Below are positions 31,828 through 41,786 of a stretch of DNA of 64,000 bases, piece by piece. Below the pieces are notes generated by a model. The model did not search any database, was not told where the DNA came from, and saw nothing but the letters and a program-made list of their open reading frames with translations. Within the stretch, counting starts at the first letter, position 1, and each line of letters opens with the position of its first letter. The DNA comes from Gammaproteobacteria bacterium (GTDB lineage Bacteria > Pseudomonadota > Gammaproteobacteria > Eutrophobiales > Eutrophobiaceae): positions 736,001 to 800,000 of the forward strand of contig CBDEUK010000002.1 in NCBI GenBank assembly GCA_965243205.1, in the 5' to 3' direction. The position numbers and the translations under genes were made by a program.

Positions 31828-31870
31828 TGATTAGTTAAATTGAAAACTGAGCAAAATTAAATAAATAGAT

Positions 31871-32644
31871 CTAACCAGTGAATGGAATGACATTATCCGA
31901 TTCTTCTAACTCTTCAGAGTCATTTTCTTGCACTGAATCGGACTCATCAATTTCATGTGCTTGCTCTATATGAGCAACATCATTTGATTCTTCATCTGTG
32001 GACTCTTCAGTCGCTTCTAGCTTTTGCTCAGCCGCAGCTTGTTGATCTTCAGCGATGGCTTTTTTCACTTCTTCATCCAAACCTTCAAATAAATCTGGAT
32101 TCATTTGGTCAAAGTCTTTTATCTCAGCTAAAGGCGGTAATTCGGAAAGCTTTTTTAAATTAAAGTAATCTAAAAATTCCTTCGTCGTCGCCAATAAGCT
32201 CGGCTTACCAGGCACATCACGATGGCCAACAATTCGCACCCACTCACGTTCTTGTAAGGTTTTTACAATGTTAGAGCTGACAGCAACACCACGAATATCT
32301 TCGATCTCGCTACGCGTGATTGGTTGGCGATAGGCAATAATGGCTAATGTTTCTAATAAAGCCCGAGAATATCTCTGAGGTTTTTCATCAAAAATACGAT
32401 TAACCCAATCAGCGTATTTTTCTTGCACTTGCATACGAAAACCACTGGCCACTTCGACTAACTCAAAACCACGGTCTTGGTAATCTTGTTGTAATTCTTC
32501 CAAAGTTTTACGAATAGCGCCTCTATCAGGCGGTTCAACATCTAATTCAAAAATCTTAGATAGATCAGAAATATTCATGGGTGAATCAGCCGCCATTAAT
32601 ACGGCTTCAAGCGTATTTTTTAATTGTTGTTGTTCCATATCCAT
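31871..32644 (-). CDS. scpB: SMC segregation protein ScpB
   Basis: SRALLETLAIIAYRQPITR.EIE.IRGV, FLDYFNL..L.ELP; acidic tail. Confidence 0.96.
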   Translation of the reverse strand: MDMEQQQLKNTLEAVLMAADSPMNISDLSKIFELDVEPPDRGAIRKTLEELQQDYQDRGFELVEVASGFRMQVQEKYADWVNRIFDEKPQRYSRALLETLAIIAYRQPITRSEIEDIRGVAVSSNIVKTLQEREWVRIVGHRDVPGKPSLLATTKEFLDYFNLKKLSELPPLAEIKDFDQMNPDLFEGLDEEVKKAIAEDQQAAAEQKLEATEESTDEESNDVAHIEQAHEIDESDSVQENDSEELEESDNVIPFTG

Positions 32645-32658
32645 TATCTATATATTAA

Positions 32659-33516
32659 TTATGCTGCAGCCTTCACGTAGATCGGGCCATTAGTATCGTT
32701 TTGTACCATTTCAATTAATGCCGATTTTAGTAGTTCTAAAATCGCTAATAGTGAAACGATAACTCCCGCTCTGCCCTCTTCAAATGTAAACAATTGAGTG
32801 AAATCGATAAAATCATCGGAATCGACTTTTTCTAATACGATACTCATACGTTCACGTAACGATAACGGCTCACGGGTAATTAAATGGTGGGTATACATAT
32901 CTGCACGATTTAGTACATCGGCAAAGGCTTTTAAAATGCTATCCAATTCGACAGTGGGTGGTTCTTGTTGAGATTTTCGATAGGGAAAATCGACAATCGC
33001 CGAAAAGACTTCACGATTCATGCGAGGTAATTCATCGATATCTTCAGCGGCCTGTTTGTAACGTTCATATTCTTGTAAACGTCTGACCAATTCAGCACGT
33101 GGATCATCTTCCTCTTCTTCTTCTACTGGACGTGGCAATAGTAAACGAGACTTAATTTCTGTCAGCATGGCCGCCATTAATAAGTATTCTCCAGCCAACT
33201 CCAATTGCATTTCTTCCATCAGCTCAATGTACTGCATATATTGCTGGGTAATTCGAGCAATCGGTATGTCCAAAATATCCAGATTTTGTCGTTTGATCAG
33301 GTACAACAATAAATCCAATGGCCCTTCGAAGGCCTCAAGGAATACTTCCAAAGCCTGTGGTGGAATGTATAAATCTTTTGGGACTTCGGTTATCGGCGAA
33401 CCTTGCACAATCGCAAAAGGCATTTCAGACTGTTCTGAGCCTGCATGAGATTCGTGTTCTGCTGTATCTATTTCAGCATCGGTATCTTCTGAGGATTCAA
33501 CATCTTCAGTATTCAA
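32659..33516 (-). CDS. scpA: SMC kleisin ScpA
   Basis: FEGPLDLLLYLI, IKSRLLLP, DPRAELVRRLQEYE, LAILEL. Confidence 0.96.
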   Translation of the reverse strand: MNTEDVESSEDTDAEIDTAEHESHAGSEQSEMPFAIVQGSPITEVPKDLYIPPQALEVFLEAFEGPLDLLLYLIKRQNLDILDIPIARITQQYMQYIELMEEMQLELAGEYLLMAAMLTEIKSRLLLPRPVEEEEEDDPRAELVRRLQEYERYKQAAEDIDELPRMNREVFSAIVDFPYRKSQQEPPTVELDSILKAFADVLNRADMYTHHLITREPLSLRERMSIVLEKVDSDDFIDFTQLFTFEEGRAGVIVSLLAILELLKSALIEMVQNDTNGPIYVKAAA

Positions 33517-33639
33517 TATTCTTCACCAGCAATGTGTAAATTTAAGGAATGATTATTCTTATATATAGGGTTCTGCCGTAGCAGAATTAGGAGGCGAGTA
33601 TAACATGGAAGTGACTTGGTTTTCGTCGAAAAAATGATT

Positions 33640-34260
33640 TCAGAGCAACCAGGTCACATCACCTTTGCCTTGGCGAACGACTTCGATGGTATCGCCAACC
33701 ATATCTAATACGGTCGTTTCTTCAATGCCACCGTTGCCACCATCTAAGATCAAATCGACTTGATTGCCAATTTTTTCTTGGATCTCAAAGGGATCCGTTA
33801 ATGGTATGTCTTCTCCAGGTAATATTAAGCTGGTACTCAAAATTGGCTCACCAAATACGGACAAAAGCTCTAACGCAATTCGATTGGCTGGAACACGTAG
33901 GCCTATGGTTTTTTTAGACGGATGTTGCAGTCTTCTAGGTACATCACGACTGGCAACCATTAGAAAGGTATAAGGACCAGGCGTTAAAGATTTTACTAAG
34001 CGAAATGAGCTGTTTTCTAATTTGGCAAAATTACCTAAATCTTGCAGATTCTGGCAAACCAAGGTCATGTGGTGAGATTTATCCAAACGACGAATTTTAC
34101 GGATACGATCCACAGCATTTTTATCTTCCAAATGACAAGCCAAGGCATAGCAAGAATCCGTTGGATAGACAATTATCCCCCCTTTGTGCAAGGTAGCCGC
34201 AGCCTGATTCAACAAGCGTGCTTGCGGATTTTCAGGGTGTAATGTCAGTAACTTCGCCAT
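33640..34260 (-). CDS. yciO: YciO/Sua5-family (YrdC-like) protein
   Basis: HPENPQARL, YPTDSCYAL, TPGPYTF, TIGLRVP. Confidence 0.92.
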   Translation of the reverse strand: MAKLLTLHPENPQARLLNQAAATLHKGGIIVYPTDSCYALACHLEDKNAVDRIRKIRRLDKSHHMTLVCQNLQDLGNFAKLENSSFRLVKSLTPGPYTFLMVASRDVPRRLQHPSKKTIGLRVPANRIALELLSVFGEPILSTSLILPGEDIPLTDPFEIQEKIGNQVDLILDGGNGGIEETTVLDMVGDTIEVVRQGKGDVTWLL

Positions 34261-34321
34261 TTGTTTTTAACTTCGTTTTTCCGTTATGATGCTGCTTTTG
34301 TATTCTTTTATAATAAAATCT

Positions 34322-34894
34322 ATGAAATTCTTATTTGACTTCTTTCCGCTGCTTGCGTTCTTTCTCGCCTTTTATATTCCTGAGGATCGTGAACAAGCCA
34401 TCTACATTGCGACTTATACATTAATCATTTCCAGTGTGATTCAGATCGTTCTTTATTGGCTATTGTTTCGAAAATTCGAAAAGATGCACCTTATCACATT
34501 TGTTGTCGTGCTGATATTTGGTGGGCTGACCATATACCTACAAGATGAAAATTTTATTAAATGGAAACCAACGATTGTTAATTGGTGTTTTTCCATTGCC
34601 TTATTCGCCAGTCATTTCATTGGTGACAAACCATTATTCCAACGCATGATCAATATGGCAGATGATAAAGTCACATTACCTAGACATGTCTGGCGCAATA
34701 TTAATATGAGTTGGGCAATCTTCTTTTTGTTCCTTGGCTTTGTAAACTTGTATGTTGCGTTTAATTACAGCACGGAATTTTGGGTGAACTTTAAAGCTTG
34801 GGGCATGACATTATTGAATTTCACTTTCTTAATCGGCATGGGTGTTTATATGTATAAATACCTTAAAGATGAACCAGAAACATCACAAGAATAA
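34322..34894 (+). CDS. yciB: Inner-membrane septation protein A YciB/IspZ
   Basis: MKFLFDFFPL, FGGLT, FIKWKPT, WVNFK; start at ATG 34322 matches the family N-terminus. Confidence 0.93.
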   Translation: MKFLFDFFPLLAFFLAFYIPEDREQAIYIATYTLIISSVIQIVLYWLLFRKFEKMHLITFVVVLIFGGLTIYLQDENFIKWKPTIVNWCFSIALFASHFIGDKPLFQRMINMADDKVTLPRHVWRNINMSWAIFFLFLGFVNLYVAFNYSTEFWVNFKAWGMTLLNFTFLIGMGVYMYKYLKDEPETSQE

Positions 34895-34915
34895 AAAGCA
34901 CAGGGGAACAACTCA

Positions 34916-35212
34916 ATGTATTATTTAATAATGGGTATCGATGTTGAAAACAGTTTAGAAAAACGCATGAGTGTACGTGCTGATCATATTGCACGATTAG
35001 ATTCTTTAAGAGATGAAGGCCGCTTGTTAACTGCAGGCCCTAACCCTGCAATCGATAATGAAGACCCAGGTCCAAACGGTTTTACTGGTAGCGTGATCAT
35101 TGCTGAATTTGAATCGTTAGACGCTGCGCAATCTTGGGCTGATGACGATCCTTATATTAAAGCTGGTGTCTATGACAACGTCATCGTAAAACCATATAAG
35201 AAAGTCTATTAA
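34916..35212 (+). CDS. yciI: YciI family protein
   Basis: [29 protein letters not shown]. Confidence 0.93.
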   Translation: MYYLIMGIDVENSLEKRMSVRADHIARLDSLRDEGRLLTAGPNPAIDNEDPGPNGFTGSVIIAEFESLDAAQSWADDDPYIKAGVYDNVIVKPYKKVY

Positions 35213-35478
35213 TGGATAGAGTGGAAGCGATTCGTCAACGAATCACGGAATCCTTATCTCCATCAACACTAGAAATTACTGACGATTCACATCTACACAA
35301 AGGTCATGCTGGTGCAGCCAGTGGTGCAGGCCATTTTACGGTTAATGTCATTGCAGATGTATTTAAAGATAAATCACTTATTGAAAGACATCGCATGATT
35401 TACCAAGCCGTGAATGATTTAATGCGAACCGAAATTCATGCTTTGAGTATTCAAGCTAAAACTCCGGAAGAAGAATAA
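35212..35478 (+). CDS. bolA: BolA family protein
   Basis: DDSHLHKGH, GHF.V, RHRMIY, IHALSI. Confidence 0.93.
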   Translation: MDRVEAIRQRITESLSPSTLEITDDSHLHKGHAGAASGAGHFTVNVIADVFKDKSLIERHRMIYQAVNDLMRTEIHALSIQAKTPEEE

Positions 35479-36290
35479 TCAAAGGTAATAAACCTTTTTT
35501 AAAATGGCCAGGCGGTAAATACCGTATCGTCTCGCGTATTTTAGAGCGTTTACAACCTGGTAAACGTTTAATAGAACCGTTTCTAGGTTCAGGCTCAGTT
35601 TTTTTAAATGCTGAGTATGATGAATATCTATTAGGTGATAGTAACCCTGATTTAATTAATTTATATCATCAGTTAACAACTGAACCAAATGAATTTATTC
35701 GTTATTGCAAACGTTTTTTTAATGATAAAAAAAACCAAGAAGATTGGTTTTATAAATATCGTAAAGATTTTAATCAATCGAATAAGCAACGTAGAAAAGC
35801 TGCTTTATTTTTATATTTAAATCGACATTGTTATAACGGTTTATGTCGGTACAACAGTCGAGGTGAATTTAACACACCTTTTGGACGATATAAAAAACCT
35901 TATTTCCCTGAAAAAGAAATGCAAAATTTCTTTGAGTATTCAACTAAAGCTAAATTTTTAAATGCAGATTTTTTTGAAACGATGTCACAGGCAAAAAAAG
36001 GTGATGTTATTTATTGTGACCCACCTTATGCGCCTTTAACCAACACGGCATACTTTACAGATTATCATGTAGGTGGTTTTAATTGGGATGATCAAATTGA
36101 ATTAGCAAAGCTAGCTGAGGCGTTGGCAAAAAAAAATATACCTGTTGTCATTTCTAACCATAATACAAAAGAAATTAAAAAATTATATAAAGAGAAAGGT
36201 GCAAAGATAATTTCGTTTGATGTACAAAGAAATATTAGTTGCAAGGGTAATAATAGAAAAAAAGTAAAAGAAATTCTTGCTGTTTTTTAA
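35478..36290 (+). CDS. dam: Dam-family DNA adenine methyltransferase, full length about 270 aa, no canonical start codon
   Basis: Frame is open from 35460: KPFLKWPGGKY, IEPFLGSGSV, LYLNRHCYNGLCRYN, then YCDPPY, ISNH, QRNIS; the ORF track found only the last 123 aa. Confidence 0.9.
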   Translation: MKGNKPFLKWPGGKYRIVSRILERLQPGKRLIEPFLGSGSVFLNAEYDEYLLGDSNPDLINLYHQLTTEPNEFIRYCKRFFNDKKNQEDWFYKYRKDFNQSNKQRRKAALFLYLNRHCYNGLCRYNSRGEFNTPFGRYKKPYFPEKEMQNFFEYSTKAKFLNADFFETMSQAKKGDVIYCDPPYAPLTNTAYFTDYHVGGFNWDDQIELAKLAEALAKKNIPVVISNHNTKEIKKLYKEKGAKIISFDVQRNISCKGNNRKKVKEILAVF

Positions 36291-36352
36291 AATAACCAGA
36301 CTGATTTTCAAAAAGTATTTTAACGATAGTTATCTCTTGATATATTCTAATA

Positions 36353-37180
36353 GTGGCTGCTAAATCAAATCTAATACAAGAAAAACACATCTTCACCAAT
36401 GAAAACCTAAAATCAGAGCTATGCTTTGAAGGCAACCATGGTGAAGTCGTACTTTTTAGCCATGGCAATATAAAAAATCATAATTCCAATGAAGATTCAG
36501 CGGCCGTTATACATCTGAATGCAAACCATACCATCTTAATGGTTGCTGATGGTCTTGGTGGACATGCAGAAGGCGCAAAAGCTTCAAAATATGTTGTCGA
36601 AACGTTGTGTGAAGACCTCACAAAAAATTCTTCTGCAAATATTCAGGAAACAATCAATCAATCATTAGAACGCAGTAATGAGTTGATTTGTCGTTGGAAA
36701 AATAATGCCGGAACTACGATTGCTATCGCGGAAATTTTAGATAACAAAATTAGAACCTATCATGCAGGTGATTCAGAAATACTAATTTGTGGTGCGAAAG
36801 GCAAAATCTGTTTAAGAACTACAGCACACTCACCGGTTGGTTATTCGATAGAATCAGGGCAACTGAGTGAAGAAGATGCCATGCTGCATCCTGATAGACA
36901 TTATATTTCTAACTATCTTGGCCATAGGACAATGCATATCTGTACAAGCCAGTTTAAAAAAATAAAACCACGTGACACATTAATCTTAGCCACCGATGGT
37001 TTATTCGATAATTTAACCAAATCTGAAGTTATTAATACCATTCGCACAGGGCAATTAAAAAACTCTGCTAGTCATTTGATTGAACAAGCGCACACTAAAA
37101 TGACTGACTTTGAAAACCACATCGTATCTAAACCCGATGATATGACATTTATATTATTTCGTCTGAGTCGTTCAACTTAA
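36353..37180 (+). CDS. PP2C/PPM-family Ser/Thr phosphatase
   Basis: NEDS, MVADGLGGH, GTT, AGDS, LATDGLFD, DD motifs. Confidence 0.9.
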   Translation: MAAKSNLIQEKHIFTNENLKSELCFEGNHGEVVLFSHGNIKNHNSNEDSAAVIHLNANHTILMVADGLGGHAEGAKASKYVVETLCEDLTKNSSANIQETINQSLERSNELICRWKNNAGTTIAIAEILDNKIRTYHAGDSEILICGAKGKICLRTTAHSPVGYSIESGQLSEEDAMLHPDRHYISNYLGHRTMHICTSQFKKIKPRDTLILATDGLFDNLTKSEVINTIRTGQLKNSASHLIEQAHTKMTDFENHIVSKPDDMTFILFRLSRST

Positions 37181-37247
37181 AACTGCATAGTGCAATACGT
37201 GTTTATTTGTTACTCTTCGAAAAATATACAACAAATTATTTTTTAAA

Positions 37248-38375
37248 ATGGATACAACCGTAAAACTTGCAGAAGAATTAATTTCTAGACAGTCAGTAAC
37301 GCCTGAAGATGGTGGTTGCCAAAAACTATTAACCGAACGTTTAGAAAAAATCGGATTTAAAGCCGAACAAATTGACTTTGAAGATGTGAAAAATCTTTGG
37401 ATCACTCATGGTGAAGGACAACCTGTGTTTGCCTATTTAGGTCACACTGATGTGGTTCCAACAGGTCCGCTTGAAGAATGGGATTCAGATCCATTTACAC
37501 CAGAAATTCGTGATGGATATTTATACGGTCGTGGCGCTTGTGACATGAAAGGCAGTATCGCCTGTATCGTAACCGCACTCGAACGATTCATTCCTGAAAA
37601 CCCAAATCATGAAGGGACAATCGGTGTTTTATTAACCAGTGATGAAGAAGGCATTGCCATTAATGGCGTAAAACGTGTTATCGAAACGTTTGAGGAACAT
37701 GGTACTAAAATACAATGGTGTTTAGTCGGTGAACCATCTAGTGAAAAATCCATTGGCGACATCATTCGTCCAGGCCGACGCGGTTCTTTAAATGCTGTAC
37801 TTACGATTCATGGCATTCAAGGCCATGTTGCGTTTCCGGAAAAAGCACGAAACCCAATCCATCAAGCTAGCCAAGCCTTAACGGATTTATGTAATGAACA
37901 ATGGGATAATGGTAATGATTTTTTTCCGCCCACAGGTTTTCAAATTGTTAATCTGCAAGCTGGCACTGGCGCTGAAAATATCATTCCAGGCGCTTTAGAA
38001 GTCGGATTTAATTTTCGCTTTTGCACCGAAAGCACCGAAGAAGGTTTGAAACAACGTGTTTTAGAAATATTAGATAAGCATAATTTAGACTATGACATCC
38101 GCTGGCGCTTATCTGGTTATCCATTTTTAACGGAAGACGGTGAATTACTAGAAGCCGCCAAGTTTGCAGTAAAAACCATCACTGGAAATGATAGCACCCT
38201 ATCAACTGCAGGTGGCACGTCGGATGGTCGCTTTGTTGCACCCACAGGCGCAGAAGTCATAGAATTAGGCTTGGTCAATGAGACCATACATAAAATCAAT
38301 GAATGCGTTAAAGTCGATGATTTAATCACTCTGTCATCCATTTTTGAAACACTATTAAATAAACTATTTAAATAA
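37248..38375 (+). CDS. dapE: Succinyl-diaminopimelate desuccinylase
   Basis: [39 protein letters not shown]. Confidence 0.97.
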   Translation: MDTTVKLAEELISRQSVTPEDGGCQKLLTERLEKIGFKAEQIDFEDVKNLWITHGEGQPVFAYLGHTDVVPTGPLEEWDSDPFTPEIRDGYLYGRGACDMKGSIACIVTALERFIPENPNHEGTIGVLLTSDEEGIAINGVKRVIETFEEHGTKIQWCLVGEPSSEKSIGDIIRPGRRGSLNAVLTIHGIQGHVAFPEKARNPIHQASQALTDLCNEQWDNGNDFFPPTGFQIVNLQAGTGAENIIPGALEVGFNFRFCTESTEEGLKQRVLEILDKHNLDYDIRWRLSGYPFLTEDGELLEAAKFAVKTITGNDSTLSTAGGTSDGRFVAPTGAEVIELGLVNETIHKINECVKVDDLITLSSIFETLLNKLFK

Positions 38376-38386
38376 TAAGTCTTATC

Positions 38387-38923
38387 ATGAAAAAATTAGA
38401 AGAACTATTTGAAACACTCTTATTCAGCACTCGTTGGTTATTAGCACCTATCTATTTTGGTTTATCATTTGCTGTGTTAGCGCTTGGTATTAAATTCTTT
38501 CAAGAGATCATCCATGTCTTTAGTCATATCAATGAATTGAAAGAAACTGATTTAGTACTAACAACACTATCATTAATAGATATTACATTGGTTGGTAGTC
38601 TTATTGTGATGGTCATGTTCAGTGGCTATGAAAACTTCGTCTCTAAAATAGATGTAGATGCAGGTAACGATAAACTGGATTGGCTAGGTAAGCTTGATGC
38701 TAATACTTTAAAGTTAAAAGTAGCGGCCTCTATCGTTGCTATTTCATCCATTCATCTACTCAGAAAATACATGGAAATACCTTCCATCTATGAAGAACAT
38801 GAATTGGATATCGCACACAGCAAACTGATGTGGTACACCATAATTCATATGGCCTTTGTTGTATCTGCCCTAATGCTGGCATATCTGGATAAAATCGCTT
38901 TCGCCGCTCATCGCGACCATTAA
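38387..38923 (+). CDS. UPF0114/TIGR00645 (YqhA-like) membrane protein
   Basis: [38 protein letters not shown]. Confidence 0.9.
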   Translation: MKKLEELFETLLFSTRWLLAPIYFGLSFAVLALGIKFFQEIIHVFSHINELKETDLVLTTLSLIDITLVGSLIVMVMFSGYENFVSKIDVDAGNDKLDWLGKLDANTLKLKVAASIVAISSIHLLRKYMEIPSIYEEHELDIAHSKLMWYTIIHMAFVVSALMLAYLDKIAFAAHRDH

Positions 38924-38943
38924 AAAACGTTAACCTTCAGGGC

Positions 38944-38970
38944 TTAAGTTTTATTAAGCCCTGCCGATAG
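38944..38970 (+). promoter_or_regulatory. sigma28-type promoter overlapping the hairpin after the upstream gene
   Basis: TTAAG-N14-GCCGATAG; AGGGCTTAA..TTAAGCCCT inverted repeat covers the -35 and spacer. Confidence 0.65.
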
Positions 38971-38998
38971 CCTATTCACACTCGTATAACTAATAAAA

Positions 38999-39820
38999 GT
39001 GAATAACGCTATGATAAATAACCAAGAAGCAGAGCAGCTTATACAAAAATCATTATTAAATGGTGTCGATATTGGTGTTCTCATTACCAATGAAGAAGAC
39101 ACTATCGTCTGGGCAAACGATGCATTTTGCCAAATTTTAGATGTTTCCTATGGTTCTATCGACAGAACCTCCGCCATTTCTTTACTGGATTTAGATCCAT
39201 TCGGGCATAACAGCAGTCAGTTTCGTGTCAAAACCAAACGTGCTGACGATGAAGATATTTGGCTAACCTGTTTTCAAATCAGTGAATCTACTCAAGACGA
39301 TATGAAAGTCTTCATTCGATATTTTATCGATATCTCAGATCTACAACGTCGACAAAAAATGCGTCTCGCAGTAAGTTCAGGTTTTGAAGCATCAAGAATG
39401 GACCCAGAAACAGGTGTATTAAACCGTCGAACCATTATTCAAGAACTCAATACTGAAATTTCACGTAGTCGTCGTTATGAAAACCCATTAAGCGCTATTT
39501 TAATTCAGTACTCTACATCCAGTGCTCTGTCTGTTGAAAATGTAGAAACGAAAGAACAAGCCATTGCCAACGCCATTAACTCTGAATTACGTTGGGTCGA
39601 TATTATTGGCAGCTTAAGTAAAGGTTGTTTCTTAATTGTACTACCTGAATCCAGTGAGTCAGGTGCTGAACAAGCTTGGAATAAAATTTCTACAGCTCTA
39701 CAACCTTTCATCAATGAAAAACAATATCAGGTAAGTTATTCAGATTGGCAAAAAGATAATAATGCCGATGAATTTATTGCTCGCCTACAATCTGATTTAC
39801 AAATCTCAAAGGTGGCTTAA
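38999..39820 (+). CDS. PAS plus degenerate GGDEF protein
   Basis: IVWANDAF (PAS), DPETGVLNRR, E..RSRRY..PLS; A-site is SKGCF, I-site RWVD retained. Confidence 0.85.
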   Translation: MNNAMINNQEAEQLIQKSLLNGVDIGVLITNEEDTIVWANDAFCQILDVSYGSIDRTSAISLLDLDPFGHNSSQFRVKTKRADDEDIWLTCFQISESTQDDMKVFIRYFIDISDLQRRQKMRLAVSSGFEASRMDPETGVLNRRTIIQELNTEISRSRRYENPLSAILIQYSTSSALSVENVETKEQAIANAINSELRWVDIIGSLSKGCFLIVLPESSESGAEQAWNKISTALQPFINEKQYQVSYSDWQKDNNADEFIARLQSDLQISKVA

Positions 39821-39850
39821 CCAGCCACCTTCATTTACAAATTCTCTAAA

Positions 39851-40576
39851 TTAAGCTCTATCTCTTTTATGAGTTGGCATTAAACTCATTAAGCCAACCA
39901 CCATCATCCAAAATGCTCCAGGTAATGGTACTGGGCTAGTAGCAGATGCACGTTCACCATAAATCGCTTGTATACCGGCTATATCATCATTTGATAAACC
40001 GGTCAGCGAACCATTAATAAACGCATCTAATATAGAGTCTTCTTCTTCAGAATGGCCTAATCCTAATGAGTGTCCAATTTCATGTAATGCAACAAGAAAA
40101 ATACTATAGGGTGTACCTGTATCAGCAAGGCTCCAGCTGCGAGCATCTCCATCTTGTTTATTTTCATTAATGTTAGCGTTAAACATGATATCGCCAATAC
40201 TTGGAAACCACGCATAGGCTAAACCATTATTACTAATACCTAGATCACCAGCAATTTTAATATCTGCTTGTTCTGGATCATTCGCTAATTCAAAATCGAT
40301 ATCTGCAACTGCTGACCATGCGCTGAATGCATTGGATATTTCAGTTTCATAACCATTTGGCATAAAGGTGGATAAATCGACCACATTCGATTGCACACAA
40401 CCTTGAGCACAGAATGCAGATGTAGTGAATCCGTAGGTAACTGTGCCGCCTGGATTCAGAAAACCTGGTTCGCCCCATTTTTGATTAGGGCCTATGACAA
40501 TTTCATAAGCATGAACGCTTGAGAAAAAAGAAAATAAAAGGATAAAAGATACTAAAAATTTATAAAAAGACTTCAT
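39851..40576 (-). CDS. Matrixin (M10A) metallopeptidase with VPLPA/PEP-CTERM sorting signal
   Basis: Signal peptide, HEIGHSLGLGH zinc motif, DDIAGIQAIYG, C-terminal PVPLPGAFW-TM-HKRDR. Confidence 0.9.
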   Translation of the reverse strand: MKSFYKFLVSFILLFSFFSSVHAYEIVIGPNQKWGEPGFLNPGGTVTYGFTTSAFCAQGCVQSNVVDLSTFMPNGYETEISNAFSAWSAVADIDFELANDPEQADIKIAGDLGISNNGLAYAWFPSIGDIMFNANINENKQDGDARSWSLADTGTPYSIFLVALHEIGHSLGLGHSEEEDSILDAFINGSLTGLSNDDIAGIQAIYGERASATSPVPLPGAFWMMVVGLMSLMPTHKRDRA

Positions 40577-40633
40577 GACTACAGCTCCTAAAACGAGTAC
40601 ATATTATTTTTGGTATGCCCTACACTTTAGTAG

Positions 40634-40660
40634 TTAACGGCTGCATGTTTGATTTCTTGA
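40634..40660 (-). promoter_or_regulatory. sigma28-type promoter upstream of the matrixin gene
   Basis: Minus strand TCAAG-N14-GCCGTTAA. Confidence 0.55.
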
Positions 40661-40786
40661 ATAATTTATGTGAGTTGGTTGGCAACAGAATTTTGCTAAA
40701 CGTGAAGCTAATCACGTAAAAACCATTAAAGTTATAAATAAAAAACCCCGCATTGCGCGGGATTAATATCAGACTATTTCTGAAAA

Positions 40787-41662
40787 TTATTCTTCAAATG
40801 GCTGTAAGTCTGTTCCATTCGATTCAGATTTACCTCGCAGGTAAATCACGTAGTAAGCAAACGCAATTAACCCTGCGCCCCCCACTATATTTCCTAAAGT
40901 AACTGGAATTACATTGTTCAAAAAACCGCTCATATCCAGTAAAGCAATCTGTTCTTCACTTAAAGAGCTTTTATATAAAATATCGGGATTTAATTTGGCT
41001 AAAATACCTAAAGGGATCATAAACATGTTTGCAATACAATGCTCAAAGCCCATCGCGACGAATGCTGAAATAGGCATAATGATCGCTAAGATTTTATCAG
41101 TCACTGAACGTGCGGCATACGTCATCCAACTCGCTAAACACACCAAAGCATTACAAAATACACCCAAGAAAAACCCCTCAACAAAAGTGTGATCAACTTT
41201 GTGTAATGCAATATTCATTGCAGTAACTCCCACTTGATAATGATGGCCTTCTAAATAACCAGATAGATACACAAACCATAAAGTAATCAACGCACCAATA
41301 GCGTTCCCCAAATATACCAATAACCAGTTACGTAGAATTTGCATAGTTGAGATCAAACTATTCGCCCAAGCCATGACAATTAAATTGTTACCTGTAAATA
41401 ATTCAGCACCAGCAATGACGACCAAAATAAATCCGAGTGAGAACGCAATACCACCCAACATCTTCGATGCACCCCAAGCCGTTGATGGTTCTGTCATCAC
41501 AACGGTGTAATACATCGCGCCAAAAGAAATAAACACACCAGCTAATATCGCTAACATCATCATTTTATTAAACGGCATCTTGGCCTTGGTAACCCCAATC
41601 GATTGTAATCTGTCTGCTACGTCGGCTGGTGAGTGTGGATCAAATTGATTGTATAAAGACAT
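40787..41662 (-). CDS. Formate/nitrite transporter (FNT) family protein
   Basis: AGAELFTGN, CNALVCLA, GFEHCIANM, VTLGNIVGG. Confidence 0.94.
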   Translation of the reverse strand: MSLYNQFDPHSPADVADRLQSIGVTKAKMPFNKMMMLAILAGVFISFGAMYYTVVMTEPSTAWGASKMLGGIAFSLGFILVVIAGAELFTGNNLIVMAWANSLISTMQILRNWLLVYLGNAIGALITLWFVYLSGYLEGHHYQVGVTAMNIALHKVDHTFVEGFFLGVFCNALVCLASWMTYAARSVTDKILAIIMPISAFVAMGFEHCIANMFMIPLGILAKLNPDILYKSSLSEEQIALLDMSGFLNNVIPVTLGNIVGGAGLIAFAYYVIYLRGKSESNGTDLQPFEE

Positions 41663-41733
41663 AACTTACCTCTTAGATAATTTAATTAAGATGATGTGAA
41701 CATCTTTCTTCACCATCATAAGGAATAAGATAC

Positions 41734-41759
41734 AAAAACGGGGCTGTTGCAGCCCCGTT
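41734..41759 (-). terminator. Intrinsic terminator after aceA
   Basis: Minus strand AACGGGGCTG-CAA-CAGCCCCGTTTTT. Confidence 0.85.
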
Positions 41760-41786
41760 ACTAAAGGAGGGATTGAATAGTTCTTT

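Noticed and set aside
35714-35734. T7 and A8 runs in dam as a phase-variation switch
   Set aside because: Frame is intact and runs of this length are common in this AT-rich sequence.
40680-40696. TGGCAAC...TTGC sigma54-like motif near the matrixin gene
   Set aside because: GG-to-GC spacing is 12 rather than 10 and it points away from the gene.
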